In this document: one piece after another, positions 9,602 to 19,927 of the stretch
How positions within the stretch are numbered: position 1 is the stretch's first letter
Layout: every line of letters begins with the position of its first letter
NCBI GenBank assembly: GCA_963845515.1
Contig: CAWJSR010000058.1
Location: forward strand, 71,503 to 135,502
Direction of reading: 5' to 3'
Source of the DNA: an uncultured delta proteobacterium
Lineage (GTDB): Bacteria; Myxococcota; Myxococcia; Myxococcales; Anaeromyxobacteraceae
DNA: 64,000 nt
Made by a program: the position numbers and the translations under genes
The notes under the pieces: generated by a model
Seen by the model: the letters and a program-made list of their open reading frames with translations, nothing else
Databases searched by the model: none
What the model was told of the DNA's origin: nothing

Positions 9602-10536
9602 GGGGCGTCTCGACGTTGCTCGCGCTGCTCGCCTCGGCTCCCGGCGCACCGGCGGCCGACCCCGCCGCCCCACCACCCTCCGAGCCATCGGTCCGGGTAC
9701 GGCTCGACAAGCGGGAGGTGCGGCTGGGCGAGCCCTTCGAGCTGACGGTCGAGATCCGGCACGGCTCCGCGGAGCGATACTCGCTCCCTGCCGCGCTCAC
9801 CATGGAGCCCTTCCGCTTCCTCGGCGGAGGCTGCCCCCGCCGCGAGGAGGGGGGGACGGCGGTCACGACCTGCGCGCTGCGTCTGGCACTCTTCGATCTG
9901 GGGGCGCACGACCTGCCCGAGCTGCGGCTGCGCGCAGAGACCCCCGAGGGTGGGCGAGAGCTGCGCGTCCCGGGCCCCACCGTCAGCGGCGCCGGCGTCC
10001 TCGACCCAGCCACTCCGCCGGGCTCGCTGGCGCTGAAGGACCTCGCGCCGCCCGCGCCGCTCCACGTGCCGAACTGGCCCCTCGGGGCCGGGCTCCTCGC
10101 CGCCACGCTCCTTGGGGCCGCTGCCTGGTGGAGCCTGCTCGCCTGGCGCCGGCGCGCGGCGCTCGTGGAGGAGCGACCGCCGCTCCCACCCCACGAGCGC
10201 TTCTCGAGGCAGCTGGCGGCGCTGGAGGAGGGACGCCTCCCGGGCCTGGCCCACTTCTCCCGGCTCTCCGGCCACGTGCGCGAGTACCTCGGCGCCATCA
10301 CCGGCCAGAACGCCCTCGACCTGACGAGCGCGGAGCTGCTCGCGCGCCTCTCCTTCCAGCCCGATCCGCGGCTCGACCTGGACGCGCTCCGCGCGTTCCT
10401 CGGGTCGGCCGACCTGGTGAAGTTCGCCCGCGCCCCGGCGAGCGCCGCCGAGGTCGTCGAGGCCATGGCGTTCGCGCGAGCGCTCCTCGAGCGCACGCGG
10501 CCGCGCTCACCCGCCGCCCCGCGGGAGGCCCGGTGA
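9598..10536 (+). CDS. Bat-operon membrane protein (DUF4381/BatD-like)
   Basis: Signal peptide, Ig-like region, one TM, C-terminal VREYL..LDLTSAELL..ADLVKFAR; position in the bat operon. Confidence 0.8.
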   Translation: MRGVSTLLALLASAPGAPAADPAAPPPSEPSVRVRLDKREVRLGEPFELTVEIRHGSAERYSLPAALTMEPFRFLGGGCPRREEGGTAVTTCALRLALFDLGAHDLPELRLRAETPEGGRELRVPGPTVSGAGVLDPATPPGSLALKDLAPPAPLHVPNWPLGAGLLAATLLGAAAWWSLLAWRRRAALVEERPPLPPHERFSRQLAALEEGRLPGLAHFSRLSGHVREYLGAITGQNALDLTSAELLARLSFQPDPRLDLDALRAFLGSADLVKFARAPASAAEVVEAMAFARALLERTRPRSPAAPREAR

Positions 10537-11549
10537 GCGGCGCCGAGAGCCTCCACCTGGCGCGTCCCTGGGCCCTGCTCCTCCTCGCGGCCGTCCCGCT
10601 CGCCATCGCGGTGCTGCGGCTGGAGCGGCGCCGCGTCCCGCGGCTGCGCCACCCGCGGGCCGCGCTCCTCGCCTCGACGTGGCGGAGCCCCCTCGCCCGC
10701 GTGGCGTGGCTGCCTGAGGGGCTGGTCGTCCTCGCCCTGGCCCTGGCGGCCCTCGCGCTCGCGCGGCCGCAGGGGCGCGAGCGCAAGGCCGGTGACGCGG
10801 CGGTCGAAGGGATCGACATCGTCATCGCGCTCGACCTCTCCACGTCCATGCGCGCGGCCGACTTCGAGCCGGAGAACCGGCTCCACGTCGCCAAGGAGGT
10901 GCTGAAGGACTTCGTGGGGCGCCGCCGGACGGACCGGATCGGCCTCGTCGTCTTCGCCGGTGACGCCTGGACGCAGGCGCCGCTGACCCTGGACCAGGGG
11001 ATCCTGCGCGACCTCGTCGACCGGCTCCGCTTCGGGGTCATCGAGGACGGGACGGCGATCGGCAACGCCATCGCCACGGCGGTGAACCGGCTGCGCGAGT
11101 CGGAGGCGCGCAGCAAGGTGATCATCCTGATGACGGACGGGGACAACAACGCCGGCCAGATCTCGCCACTCGAGGCGGCCGGGATGTCGAAGGCGCTCGG
11201 GATTCGCGTCTTCCCGATCCTGGTCGGCAAGGGCGGGCTCGTCCCCTATCCGGTCGGCGTCGACCTCTTCGGGGAGACGGTCTGGGAGCGGCGCGAGTTC
11301 CCCATCAACCCGGCGCTGCTGCGGCAGATCGCGGAGACGACCGGCGGCGCCTACGCCAACGCCACCGATCGCGAGACGCTGGAGCACGGGCTCCAGACCG
11401 TCCTCGACCGCATGGAGAAGACCCGCGTCTTCGAGCTCGGTGGAGGCAGCCGCACCCGCGAGCTCTTCCCCGTGCCACTCCTCGCTGCCTTCTGGCTCGC
11501 CGCCGCCGCGATCGCGCTCCGCCTCTGGCGCTTCCGGAGCTTCCCGTGA
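10533..11549 (+). CDS. batA: BatA-like VWA domain protein
   Basis: MIDAS DLSTSM, DRIGLVVFAG, QAPLTLD, GTAIGNAI, MTDGDNNAG. Confidence 0.9.
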   Translation: MSGAESLHLARPWALLLLAAVPLAIAVLRLERRRVPRLRHPRAALLASTWRSPLARVAWLPEGLVVLALALAALALARPQGRERKAGDAAVEGIDIVIALDLSTSMRAADFEPENRLHVAKEVLKDFVGRRRTDRIGLVVFAGDAWTQAPLTLDQGILRDLVDRLRFGVIEDGTAIGNAIATAVNRLRESEARSKVIILMTDGDNNAGQISPLEAAGMSKALGIRVFPILVGKGGLVPYPVGVDLFGETVWERREFPINPALLRQIAETTGGAYANATDRETLEHGLQTVLDRMEKTRVFELGGGSRTRELFPVPLLAAFWLAAAAIALRLWRFRSFP

Positions 11550-12622
11550 CCCAGCTCTCCCTGCTCGGGTACGCCATCCGGCTCGCTGCCCCCCAGCGTC
11601 TCTGGCTCCTCGCCGCCGTCGCCCTCCTCGGCGCCCTGGCGGTCCGCTCGCTCCTGCGCAGGCGGCGCGCGCTCCGGGAGGCCTGCGGCGCGCTCGCCGG
11701 GCGCATGGCCCCCGAGGCGAACCTCTCCCGCCCCGCCGCCCGCCTCTCCCTCTCGCTGTCCGGCCTCGCGCTCCTCGCGGTCGCCCTCGCGCAGCCGCAG
11801 TGCGGCACGCGGACCGAGCTCTCCAGCCGCTACGGCGCCGACGTGGTCGTGGTGCTCGACGTCTCCCGCTCGATGGAGGCGCGGGACGTCCGCCCCAGCC
11901 GGCTGGAGCGCGCCCGGCTCGAGGTGGGAGCGCTGCTGGAGCGGCTGAAGGGTGACCGCGTCGGCGTCGTGGTCTTCGCCGGCGAGGCCTTCGTCCAGTG
12001 CCCGCTCACGACCGACTACGAGGCCGCGCGCCTGTTCCTGCGCTCCGTCGGTCCCGGCTCGGTGCCGCAGCAGGGGACCGCCCTGGCGAACGCGCTGCTC
12101 GGCGCGAAGGAGCTGCTCGACGGCGCGGAGCGCGGCTCCCGCAGCAGGGTGGTCCTGCTCGTCTCGGACGGCGAGGACCACGACGGCAAGGTGCTCGACG
12201 CCGTCGCGAGCGCTCGCCGACGCCGGCGTCAGGGTGCACGCGCTCGCAGTGGGGACGACCGAAGGGGCGCCGATCCCGATCGTCGACGACCGCGGAGAGG
12301 TGACTGGCTGGCGCCGCGACAGGCACGGGAAGACGGTCACGACACGGCTCGACGAGACGACGCTGAGGCTCGTGGCCGACCGCGGCGGGGGACGCCTCTT
12401 CTTCGTCGGCGACGCCGGCCGCGGGCTCGACGCCCTCGTCGCCGCGCTCGACGAGCTGGAGCGGAGCGAGCTGGGCGAGCGGATCACCGTGACCTACGAG
12501 GACCGTTACGCGGTCGCGGCCTTCCCGGGCTTCCTGCTCCTCCTCGCGGGGCTGCTCCTCCGCGAGGCCAGCCCGTCGAGTCGCCGCCTCTCCCCCGCCC
12601 CCGCGGGGGAGGCGCGCGATAG
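11546..12622 (+). CDS. batB: BatB-like VWA domain protein (frameshift ~12210; 3' end uncertain, possibly fused to the BatC part)
   Basis: DVSRSM, DRVGVVVFAGEAFVQCPLTTD, SDGEDH; continues in another frame as GTTEGAPIP..TTRLDETTL..YEDRY. Confidence 0.8.
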   Translation: MTQLSLLGYAIRLAAPQRLWLLAAVALLGALAVRSLLRRRRALREACGALAGRMAPEANLSRPAARLSLSLSGLALLAVALAQPQCGTRTELSSRYGADVVVVLDVSRSMEARDVRPSRLERARLEVGALLERLKGDRVGVVVFAGEAFVQCPLTTDYEAARLFLRSVGPGSVPQQGTALANALLGAKELLDGAERGSRSRVVLLVSDGEDHDGKVLDAVASARRRRRQGARARSGDDRRGADPDRRRPRRGDWLAPRQAREDGHDTARRDDAEARGRPRRGTPLLRRRRRPRARRPRRRARRAGAERAGRADHRDLRGPLRGRGLPGLPAPPRGAAPPRGQPVESPPLPRPRGGGAR

Positions 12623-12642
12623 GCGCTGCCACGGTGAGGGGG
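12586..12642 (-). repeat. Second, degenerate REP-like palindrome in opposite orientation
   Basis: TCCCCCGC-CCCC-GCGGGGGA stem (12591-12610) followed by GGTGAGGGGG (12633-12642). Confidence 0.55.
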
Positions 12643-12645
12643 ACG

Positions 12646-13481
12646 ATGGATCTCGCCCCCGCCCTCCTCCTGCTCCCCTCGCTCTGGCTCTCCGCCGCGC
12701 CGTTCACTCGCGAGCAGCCCGACGTCCGGGCAGGGAACGAGCGGCTCCTGCAGGGGGACCACCAGGGAGCGCTGGAGCGATACGAGGCCGCGGAGCACGC
12801 CGTCGGACAGAGGCCGGAGCTCGACTACGACCGGGGCATCGGGCTCCTGCGCCAGGGCAGGACGGCCGAGGCGCTGTCGGCCCTGCGCCGCGCCGCCGAG
12901 CGGGGCAGCGGACCGCTCGCGTCGCGCGCGCTCCAGAACGCCGGGGCGGCGCTCGACGCGACGGGGGATCGCGACGGGCGCCATCCGGGCGTTCGCCGAC
13001 GCGCTCGCCCGCGATCCGTCGAACGAGGACGCGCGGTTCAACCTCGAGGTGCTGCTGCGGCGGCGGAGCGAGGAGAAGCGGAGCGGCGGCGCCAGGGACG
13101 AGCCGGAGCGGCGCGAGGCGAAGGCCGGACAGCGCGACGAGCCCGCGGCGAGAGCGCGGCGGCTCGCCAGACGAGCGCGGCGACAAGGCCGGGGCGCCGG
13201 AGCGCCCGGAGACGAAGGACGCGTCGACGAGAGGCACCCCCGACGCCGGTGAGCGGGCGCGCGAGCCGGACGCACGCGGCACGAAGCAGGGAGCAGCGTC
13301 TGCCCGCGCGGAGGAGGGGCAGCAGGGCGGCGAGGCCGGGCGCGCGGTCGCCGGGGAGCCGACGTCGAGGCAGGACGCGGAGCGGCTGCTCGACGCGGTC
13401 AGGGCGCGGGAGCGGAACCTGCCGCCGGGAGCCTGGCGGCGGCGCGAGGCGAGGAGGCGCGATGTCGAGAAGGACTGGTAG
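12646..13481 (+). CDS. batC: BatC-like TPR protein (frameshifts ~12980, ~13150)
   Basis: TPR helices (GNERL..ALERYE, DYDRG, DARFNLE), low-complexity linker, C-terminal AERLLDAV..VEKDW typical of BatC. Confidence 0.78.
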
Positions 13482-14921
13482 CGCCCTCGCGCTGCTCCTG
13501 CCGGTCGTAGCGCTCCTCGGGACGCGCCCGGCCGCGGCTGCGCAGCCTGGGCCTCCCGGCGCCGCCTGGCGCGGCTGGGAGCGCGACCTCTGGCTCGAGG
13601 TCCAGGTGGACCGGAAGCACCCATGGCTGGGCGAGCAGGTGACTGCGTCCGTCTTCCTCGTCTCGCCCGTGGGCGTGCTGGGGATCGACGGCTTCAAGCC
13701 ACCGGCCTACGACGGCTTCTGGGCCGAGCCGGTGGAGGTCCCGCCGCGGCTGGAGCCGCGGCGGCGGGTGGTGAACGGCATCCCGCTCGTGAGCTTCCTC
13801 GTCCAGCGGGTCGCGCTCTTCCCGACGCGAGCGGGCAAGCTCACGATCGATCCCTTCCAGGCCGACGTGACGGTGCAGGTCCTGAGCGGCAACCGGCTCT
13901 TCGATCCGTTCCGGAGGGTCGAGCAGGTACGCCGCCGGAGCGCCCCCGTGGCGCTGGAGGTACGGCCGCTCCCTCCGAACCCGCCGTCGGGGTTCGAGAG
14001 CGTCAACGTCGGGAGCCTCGCGCTTCAGCTCGCGCCCTCCGAGCCGGAGCTCCCGGCCGGTGAGCCGCTCGCCCTGCGGCTCACCGCGCGCGGCTCGGGG
14101 AACGTCCGCGCCTGGTCATTGCCGCCCCTGCCGCCCATCGCCGGGACGCGCCGCTTCGAGCCGACGTCGTCGGAGCAGCTCGCCCCAGCGGGTGGCCGCG
14201 TCGCCGGGAGCCGGACGGTCGAGACGCTCGTCGTCCCGGACCGCGCGGGCGAGCTGGTGATACCGCCCGTCTCGCTGCCCTGGTTCGACGTGAAGTCGGG
14301 CCGCTACCAGGTCGCGCGGACGGCGGAGCTGCGCGTCCCGGTCTCCGCCGGGCGCGGGCTACCCGCCCCCGCCGCCGGCGCCGACGCCCTCGCCGCCGGG
14401 CTCCGCCCCATCGAGATCCGGCGACGCGCTCGAGCGTAAGGCGGCGCCCCCATGGCGACGGCCCTCCTTCCTGCTCCTCGTCTTCCTCCCCCCGGCCGGC
14501 TTCGCGTTCCTCCTCGCGTCGGACCGGCTTCGGGAGCGTAGCACGGGCCGGCGCCGCGGCGCGGCGGGTCCGCGGCGCGGTCCGCGCGGCGCGGCGCCGC
14601 CTCTCGACCGCCGAGCGTCGGCTGAGGGCGGGCGACCTCCCCGGGTTCGTCGCCGAGCTCGAGCGGACGCTGACCGGGTTCGCCGCCGACAAGCTGGGGC
14701 GCCCGGTCACCGGCCTCACCCGCGACCTGCTCGCAGCCTCGCTCACGGCCAGCGGTGCCCACCCACCCGCCGTCCGCGCCCTCCTCGAGACGCTCGAGGC
14801 GTGCGACGCGGCCCGGTTCGGCGGCAGCGCCCCCGGAGCGCCGCTGCTCGCCGCCGCCGCCGAGACGATGGCGATGCTCGAAGAGGCGGACTGGACGCCG
14901 GGACCGGGAGGGCGCACGTGA
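13462..14921 (+). CDS. batD: BatD-like protein (frameshifts ~14420-14540)
   Basis: Signal peptide; QVDRKHPWLGEQV, DGFWAE, ALFPTRAGKLTI, VGSLAL, LPWFDVKSGRY; C-terminal helical domain ACDAARFG. Confidence 0.8.
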
Positions 14922-15642
14922 CGCTCCTCATCGCCCTCCTCCTCGCGTCGTCAGCTCCCGCCTCCCCGCCCGAGCGGTTCGAGCAGGCCAACGCCCTCTA
15001 CCGCGCCGGTGACTTCTCGGGCGCCGCGAGCGAGTACGACGCGCTCGTGAAGGACGGGTTCGCCTCGCCGTCCCTCCACCTGAACCTCGGCAACGCACAG
15101 GCCCGGCTCGGACTCCGCGGCCGGGCCGTCGCCAGCTGGGAGCGGGCGCTGCGGCTCGATCCCTGGGACGAGGACGCGCGGCGCGAACCTGCGCGCCGCC
15201 CGGACCGAGGATCCCGACCGCGCGCTCGCGGGCGAGCCGACGCTGCTCGCGCGGGTCGTCGAGAGGACCAGCGACGGGGTCGCGGTCGTCATCTTCCTGC
15301 TCCCCTGGTGGCTCCTCTGGGGCGCGCTCGCGCTGCGCCCTCGCGTCGGCGGCCGGATGAGGCGGACGCTGTCCGCGCTGGCGCTCCTCTCGGCGCTCGG
15401 CGTCCTCGCCGGCCTGCATCCTCGTCGCCGGCCGGGCGCGAGACCGCCGCCTCCCCCTCGCGATCCTCGTCGCGCCGTCCACGCCGGTTCGGGAGGGACC
15501 CTCTCCGGCGCTGAAGGCCGCCTTCGAGCTCCACGAGGGAACGCGCGCGCGTGTCGTGAGGCAGTCCGGCGGCTTCGTCCTGGTCCGGCTCGACGGCGGG
15601 CTGGAGGGCTGGCTGCCCGTGGCCGGCGTGGAGCCGCTGTAG
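14918..15642 (+). CDS. batE: BatE-like TPR + SH3 protein (frameshifts ~15180, ~15415)
   Basis: FEQANALYRAGDF, LHLNLGNA, WERALRLDP; C-terminal FELHEGTR..VRLDGGLEGWLP. Confidence 0.8.
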
Positions 15643-15777
15643 GCAGGGCTGTGTCCATGCGTCGCGGGACTCGCGGTGTCAGCGCGCATCCCGTACGACT
15701 TAAACGTTCACTTACCCAGCAGTCACACCCGATGCGCCGTGGGGGCAGCCTTGGCATCCGATACGAGCCTGACGGGT

Positions 15778-16512
15778 ATGCCGCCGGTGAAGGGGCGGGT
15801 GACGATCAGCCTGAGCTACCGGACCGCGGCCGAGATCGGCCGCGACCGCCTTCCGCAGCTCACGCGCGGCCTCCTGGCGCGCACCCCGGAGGCGGTCGAG
15901 GTCGGCGACGCGGTGGACGTCGTGATCGAGGCGAAGGCCGAGGCGATCACGGTCCGCGCCAGCGGCGAGGTCCGCTGGGTCACCAGGCTCGCCACCTCCC
16001 GCCTGGTCGGCATGGTCCTCGCCGGGGCGACGCCCGAGGATTGCGAGCACCTGGAGCGCTTCCTCGACGCGCCGTCCGCCCTCGGCGCCTCGATGACGCC
16101 GGCGCTCACGCCGGCCCTCCGCTACACCCCCGCCCCGGTGCTCGCCGTGGCCATGCTGCAGCCCAACGCCGTCCTCCGGCAGATCCTGTCGAGCGCGCTC
16201 GCGAAGGTCGCGGGGAACCTCGGCGAGAAGTGGAGCCTCAAGCTGGACGCCTGCGCGACGCCCGACGGCTTCGTCGCGTCGATGGCGAGCCGTACGCGGC
16301 AGCTCGCGGTGATCGACTGCGACGCGGTCGGAGGCGCCGAGGAGGCGCTCATCGACGGCATCCGCTCCCACGAAGGCTACCAGAAGCTGCCCCTCGTGCT
16401 CCTCTCGGGACTGCGCACGGCGCGGCTCGAGGACCGGTTCGCGGTGACGATGCAGAAGCCGCTGACGGTGAAGGCCTTCCAGCACACGACCGAGCTGCTC
16501 CTCCGCGCATGA
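15778..16512 (+). CDS. PilZ-like domain fused to a degenerate receiver-like domain
   Basis: N-terminal LTRGLLART..GEVRW..GM (PilZ-like); C-terminal LAVIDCD..LPLVLLS..MQKP. Confidence 0.6.
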   Translation: MPPVKGRVTISLSYRTAAEIGRDRLPQLTRGLLARTPEAVEVGDAVDVVIEAKAEAITVRASGEVRWVTRLATSRLVGMVLAGATPEDCEHLERFLDAPSALGASMTPALTPALRYTPAPVLAVAMLQPNAVLRQILSSALAKVAGNLGEKWSLKLDACATPDGFVASMASRTRQLAVIDCDAVGGAEEALIDGIRSHEGYQKLPLVLLSGLRTARLEDRFAVTMQKPLTVKAFQHTTELLLRA

Positions 16513-16901
16513 ACCCATTCCCCGGCCGGAAGCCCCGAGTCCTGCTCCTCGACGACAGCGCGACCGCGCGCGCGGTCATCAGCGCCGCCCTCGGGCGGAG
16601 GGGCTACGAGGTGATCACGGCGCGCGATCTCTCCGACCTGGACGCGGCGCTCGACCGGATGCGGCCGGACATCCTGCTCCTGGACGTCCACCTGCCCGAG
16701 ATCGTCGGCACCGATCTCATCCCCTGGCTGCGCGACACCAAGCGGCTGGACCGGCCGATCCTGCTCTGCTCCACGCGCTCGGAGGAGGATCTGGCGCGGC
16801 TCGCGGAGGAGTCGGGCGCAGACGGATGGGTGCGCAAGAACAGCCGCCCGGACGAGCTGGCCGCACGCGTCGAGCACTTCCTCGCCGGTGGCGAGGTGTG
16901 A
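16509..16901 (+). CDS. Single-domain response regulator
   Basis: VLLLDDS, PDILLLDVHLP, LLCS, GADGWVRK; ATGA overlap with upstream gene. Confidence 0.9.
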   Translation: MNPFPGRKPRVLLLDDSATARAVISAALGRRGYEVITARDLSDLDAALDRMRPDILLLDVHLPEIVGTDLIPWLRDTKRLDRPILLCSTRSEEDLARLAEESGADGWVRKNSRPDELAARVEHFLAGGEV

Positions 16902-16911
16902 GGGCGAGGGG

Positions 16912-17523
16912 CTACAGGCTCAGCGCGTCGTCGATCGACGCGTCCACGTAGCCGCGGGTCTTGATGCAGGTCGTGACCTCCGCCTGCCATGGCTCGGCCA
17001 CGACGACTGCCGCGTCGATGGCGTAGTCGAACCTGAGCTGCCCCGAGTATAGGTACTCGGCGAGGTTGAGCTCCTGGCCGGTCGCCTCGACCGGGGTCCC
17101 GGACGGCGCCAGCGGGTCGCGCGTGAAGGACAGGATCTCCTTCGGCGCGAGCCCCGAGTCCGCGGGTGGGACGACGCGGATGAGCAGCTGGTTGGCCAGA
17201 TCGAGCGCGTCCGCGTGAGGCGCGAGCGCGGTGATCCTGACGAGCTTGATCTGCACGTCGAGGTCCAGCAGGTCCTTCGCCTCCGCCGGGAGATCCACGA
17301 CGTTGTCGTCGATCGTGATCTCCGTGCCGAGCTCGGCCGCGAGCTTCGCCGCCATCTCCGACGGCAGCTCGTTCGTCCCCGAGACACCGGCCGCCATGTC
17401 GGTCGCGTCGATGTCCACGACGTTCGTGACGCAGACCTCCGGCGCCTCGATCTCCAGCATGATGAGCGGGAGGTTGCAGCCGCCAGCGAACGCCAACACC
17501 CCAGCGATTACGATCCGGTTCAT
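16912..17523 (-). CDS. Putative lipoprotein
   Basis: MNRIVIAGVLAFAGGC lipobox-like; beta-rich acidic body. Confidence 0.75.
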   Translation of the reverse strand: MNRIVIAGVLAFAGGCNLPLIMLEIEAPEVCVTNVVDIDATDMAAGVSGTNELPSEMAAKLAAELGTEITIDDNVVDLPAEAKDLLDLDVQIKLVRITALAPHADALDLANQLLIRVVPPADSGLAPKEILSFTRDPLAPSGTPVEATGQELNLAEYLYSGQLRFDYAIDAAVVVAEPWQAEVTTCIKTRGYVDASIDDALSL

Positions 17524-17531
17524 GGTGATCC

Positions 17532-18589
17532 CTAGAAGAAGTAGACGAGGAAGCCGAACTTCACCGACGGCACGCGCATGGTGATCTTCGTGTCGGAGAT
17601 CGTCGCCGACATGGACGCGTCCTCGATCGCGGTCGCGGCCGCGGCCGTCAGGCCGTGCACGGTGGTCCAGAGCTGCGTGAGCCCGGCGCGCACGAAGAAG
17701 ACGAAGCGTCGCGGCGCGCCGAGCTCCAGCCCCAGGTGCGCGTCCACGTACTGGTAGCCGAACTTGCGGAGCACTGGCTCGAGGTCCGGATCGGACGCGC
17801 CCAACTTCTGGAGCATCGGATTCCAGTCGGTCTCGAGGGCCCTCCCGTAGTTGAAGGTCAGGGCGGGGGTGATGGCGAAGTTGAAGGGGACGAGGCTGAC
17901 GCCCACGCGATAGCCGTTCGAGGCGTAGACGGTCGTCGTCCCGCCCGCCTCGAGCCTCAGCCAGTACCACGGGCGGTAGAGGAGCCCGACCCCTGCCGCG
18001 TCCGGGAAGCCGCCATCGAGCGTGAGCCCCCAGTTGGTCGGGCGCTTCGGCCTGGCGCACTGGCACTCCGGCACGGCTGGGCACTCCGCCGCAGCCGCGG
18101 CGGCCGCAGCGGGGGCCGCCGGACTGGCGACCTGCTCGACGAGCGCCGGCGGGGCGACCGCTGGGGGCGCGGGCTTGGGCAGGTGGTGGGCGTGGCAGCC
18201 GCGGGCACGGCTGCGGCGCGCCGGCGCCGGCGCGACCGCGTCGGTCGCGCTGGCGGCCGCCTCCGCCACCTCGGGGCGGTCGGCGCAGGGCGGCTTCGAC
18301 CGCTGCCGGCGGCGCGACCGTGGGCGGGCTGGGGGCTGGCTCGATGGCAGCGGTGAGGGAGCCGGGAGGTCGAGGCGGCGCCGGAACCGCCCGCGTCAGG
18401 CGCGGCGGCGGTCGCCGGCTGATCCTCGGGCGCAGCGGGCGCTGGCTGCGCTGCTGCCGCGTCGGCTGGCGCGCTCGACGCCGGCTGCGCAGCGGTGGTG
18501 GGTGCGTCGGCGGCGGACGCCTCTGGCTTCGAGGACGCTGCCGGATCGACTGCCAGGAATGCGATGGTGAGGAGGAGCGCCGTGGTCAT
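17532..18589 (-). CDS. Outer-membrane beta-barrel protein with Pro/Ala-rich N-terminal linker (frameshifts ~18250-18380)
   Basis: Signal peptide MTTALLLTIAFLAV; C-terminal barrel WGLTLDGGFPD..YQYVDAHLGLE..KFGFLVYFF. Confidence 0.72.
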
Positions 18590-18688
18590 GTCGGGGCCGA
18601 TTAGAGCACGACGACCTCTCACGGCGCGCGTCCCCTGACGCCACGTACCGTGAAGAGGGTACGCGGATGTAGCGGCCGCCGAAGCTGC

Positions 18689-19807
18689 CTAGAAACCGAG
18701 CGTCAGCGTCGCGAACGCACCGCCGGGCGCCGGCACCACGTCCAGGCGCGCCGAGCCCTCCCGGTAGCGGCCGTAGCGGTTCGGGTCGTCGCCGGCCACC
18801 CAGAAGTAGACCGACGCGATGGCAGCCGCGCCGCCGACCCCGGCGCCGATGGCCGAGATGAGCTGGCGCTGCTCGACGTCGCGCTTGAGCGAGGTCGCCT
18901 GGTCACGGAAGGACTCGTCGCCATCGAGCAACTTCCGCCGCGCATGGAGGAAGGTGTCGGGGGTGCTCTCGTTGCCGTAGAGCCGGTTCGCGTCCACCTG
19001 CCCCCACACGGCCACCGCCAGCCCGGCGACGGCGACGCCCGTCGCTGCCCACGCGCCGAAGCGCAGCTTCCCCTGCCTCGACTCGTAGTCCCTGATGAAG
19101 TCGGGGCTCGGGACGAGCGTCGCGCGCTCCTCGACGAGCCTGCCCGGCTCGATCTGGACGTCCTTCTGGTACGCGACGAACCCCTGCTTCTCGACCAGGA
19201 GGAGGTGAGGACCGGAGGGGAGCGAGATCTGCCCCTGGAGCGGCGTCGTGCCGCGGACCTGGTCGTCGATCCTGACCACCGCGCCCGCCTCGGCGACCGA
19301 CACCACCAGGGACCCAGCCCTCCCCGCCAGGATCTTCGCCACCAGCTTATGGGCGGCCCTCCCGACCTTGCCGAGGATCTCCCCCTCCGACTTCCCCGCC
19401 TCCACCACCGACCCCTCCCGCTGCCCCTTCTTGACGTTGGAGAGCGTCATGTCGATGTTGAATGTCTCCGGGAGCCCCGCTGCGGCGCCGATGCGGGTCA
19501 CCTTGCCGGAGATGATGTAGTCGACGCCGAGCGCGCCGCCGATCTCGGCGATGCAGCCGGTGTCGGCGCAGCCCAGCATCTGACGCTGCTTCTCGAAGGC
19601 GAGCATGTCGCGGATGGCATCCGCGGTGATGATCCTGAAGACGCCGAGCCGGTCGACCTCGTTGGCGGCCGCGCTGCTCGCCGCAGAGGTCAGCTCCTTC
19701 GAGGCCCCGTTGGCGGCGAAGTCGAGGATGGCGAGCCTGGGCCTCGCGTCGGCGGCGGCGGCGGGGCTGGCCGCGGCCAGGACCAGGAGGAGAGCGAGCG
19801 AGCGCAT
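18689..19807 (-). CDS. PEGA-domain secreted protein with CsgG/TolB-N-like N-domain
   Basis: RLAILDF..GCADTGCIAEIGGALGVDYIISG; PEGA GAVVRIDDQVRGTTPL..GPHLLLVEKQGF. Confidence 0.85.
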   Translation of the reverse strand: MRSLALLLVLAAASPAAAADARPRLAILDFAANGASKELTSAASSAAANEVDRLGVFRIITADAIRDMLAFEKQRQMLGCADTGCIAEIGGALGVDYIISGKVTRIGAAAGLPETFNIDMTLSNVKKGQREGSVVEAGKSEGEILGKVGRAAHKLVAKILAGRAGSLVVSVAEAGAVVRIDDQVRGTTPLQGQISLPSGPHLLLVEKQGFVAYQKDVQIEPGRLVEERATLVPSPDFIRDYESRQGKLRFGAWAATGVAVAGLAVAVWGQVDANRLYGNESTPDTFLHARRKLLDGDESFRDQATSLKRDVEQRQLISAIGAGVGGAAAIASVYFWVAGDDPNRYGRYREGSARLDVVPAPGGAFATLTLGF

Positions 19808-19927
19808 GGGGCCCGATGCTAGCCCATCCGCGCGCCCCACCGTCAATCGGCTCACGCCACCCGCGTCGACCGGGGCGGCGCACGCGGCCACCCGCGCGAG
19901 CGCACCCGGCGCGGAAGGAGCGCGGGC

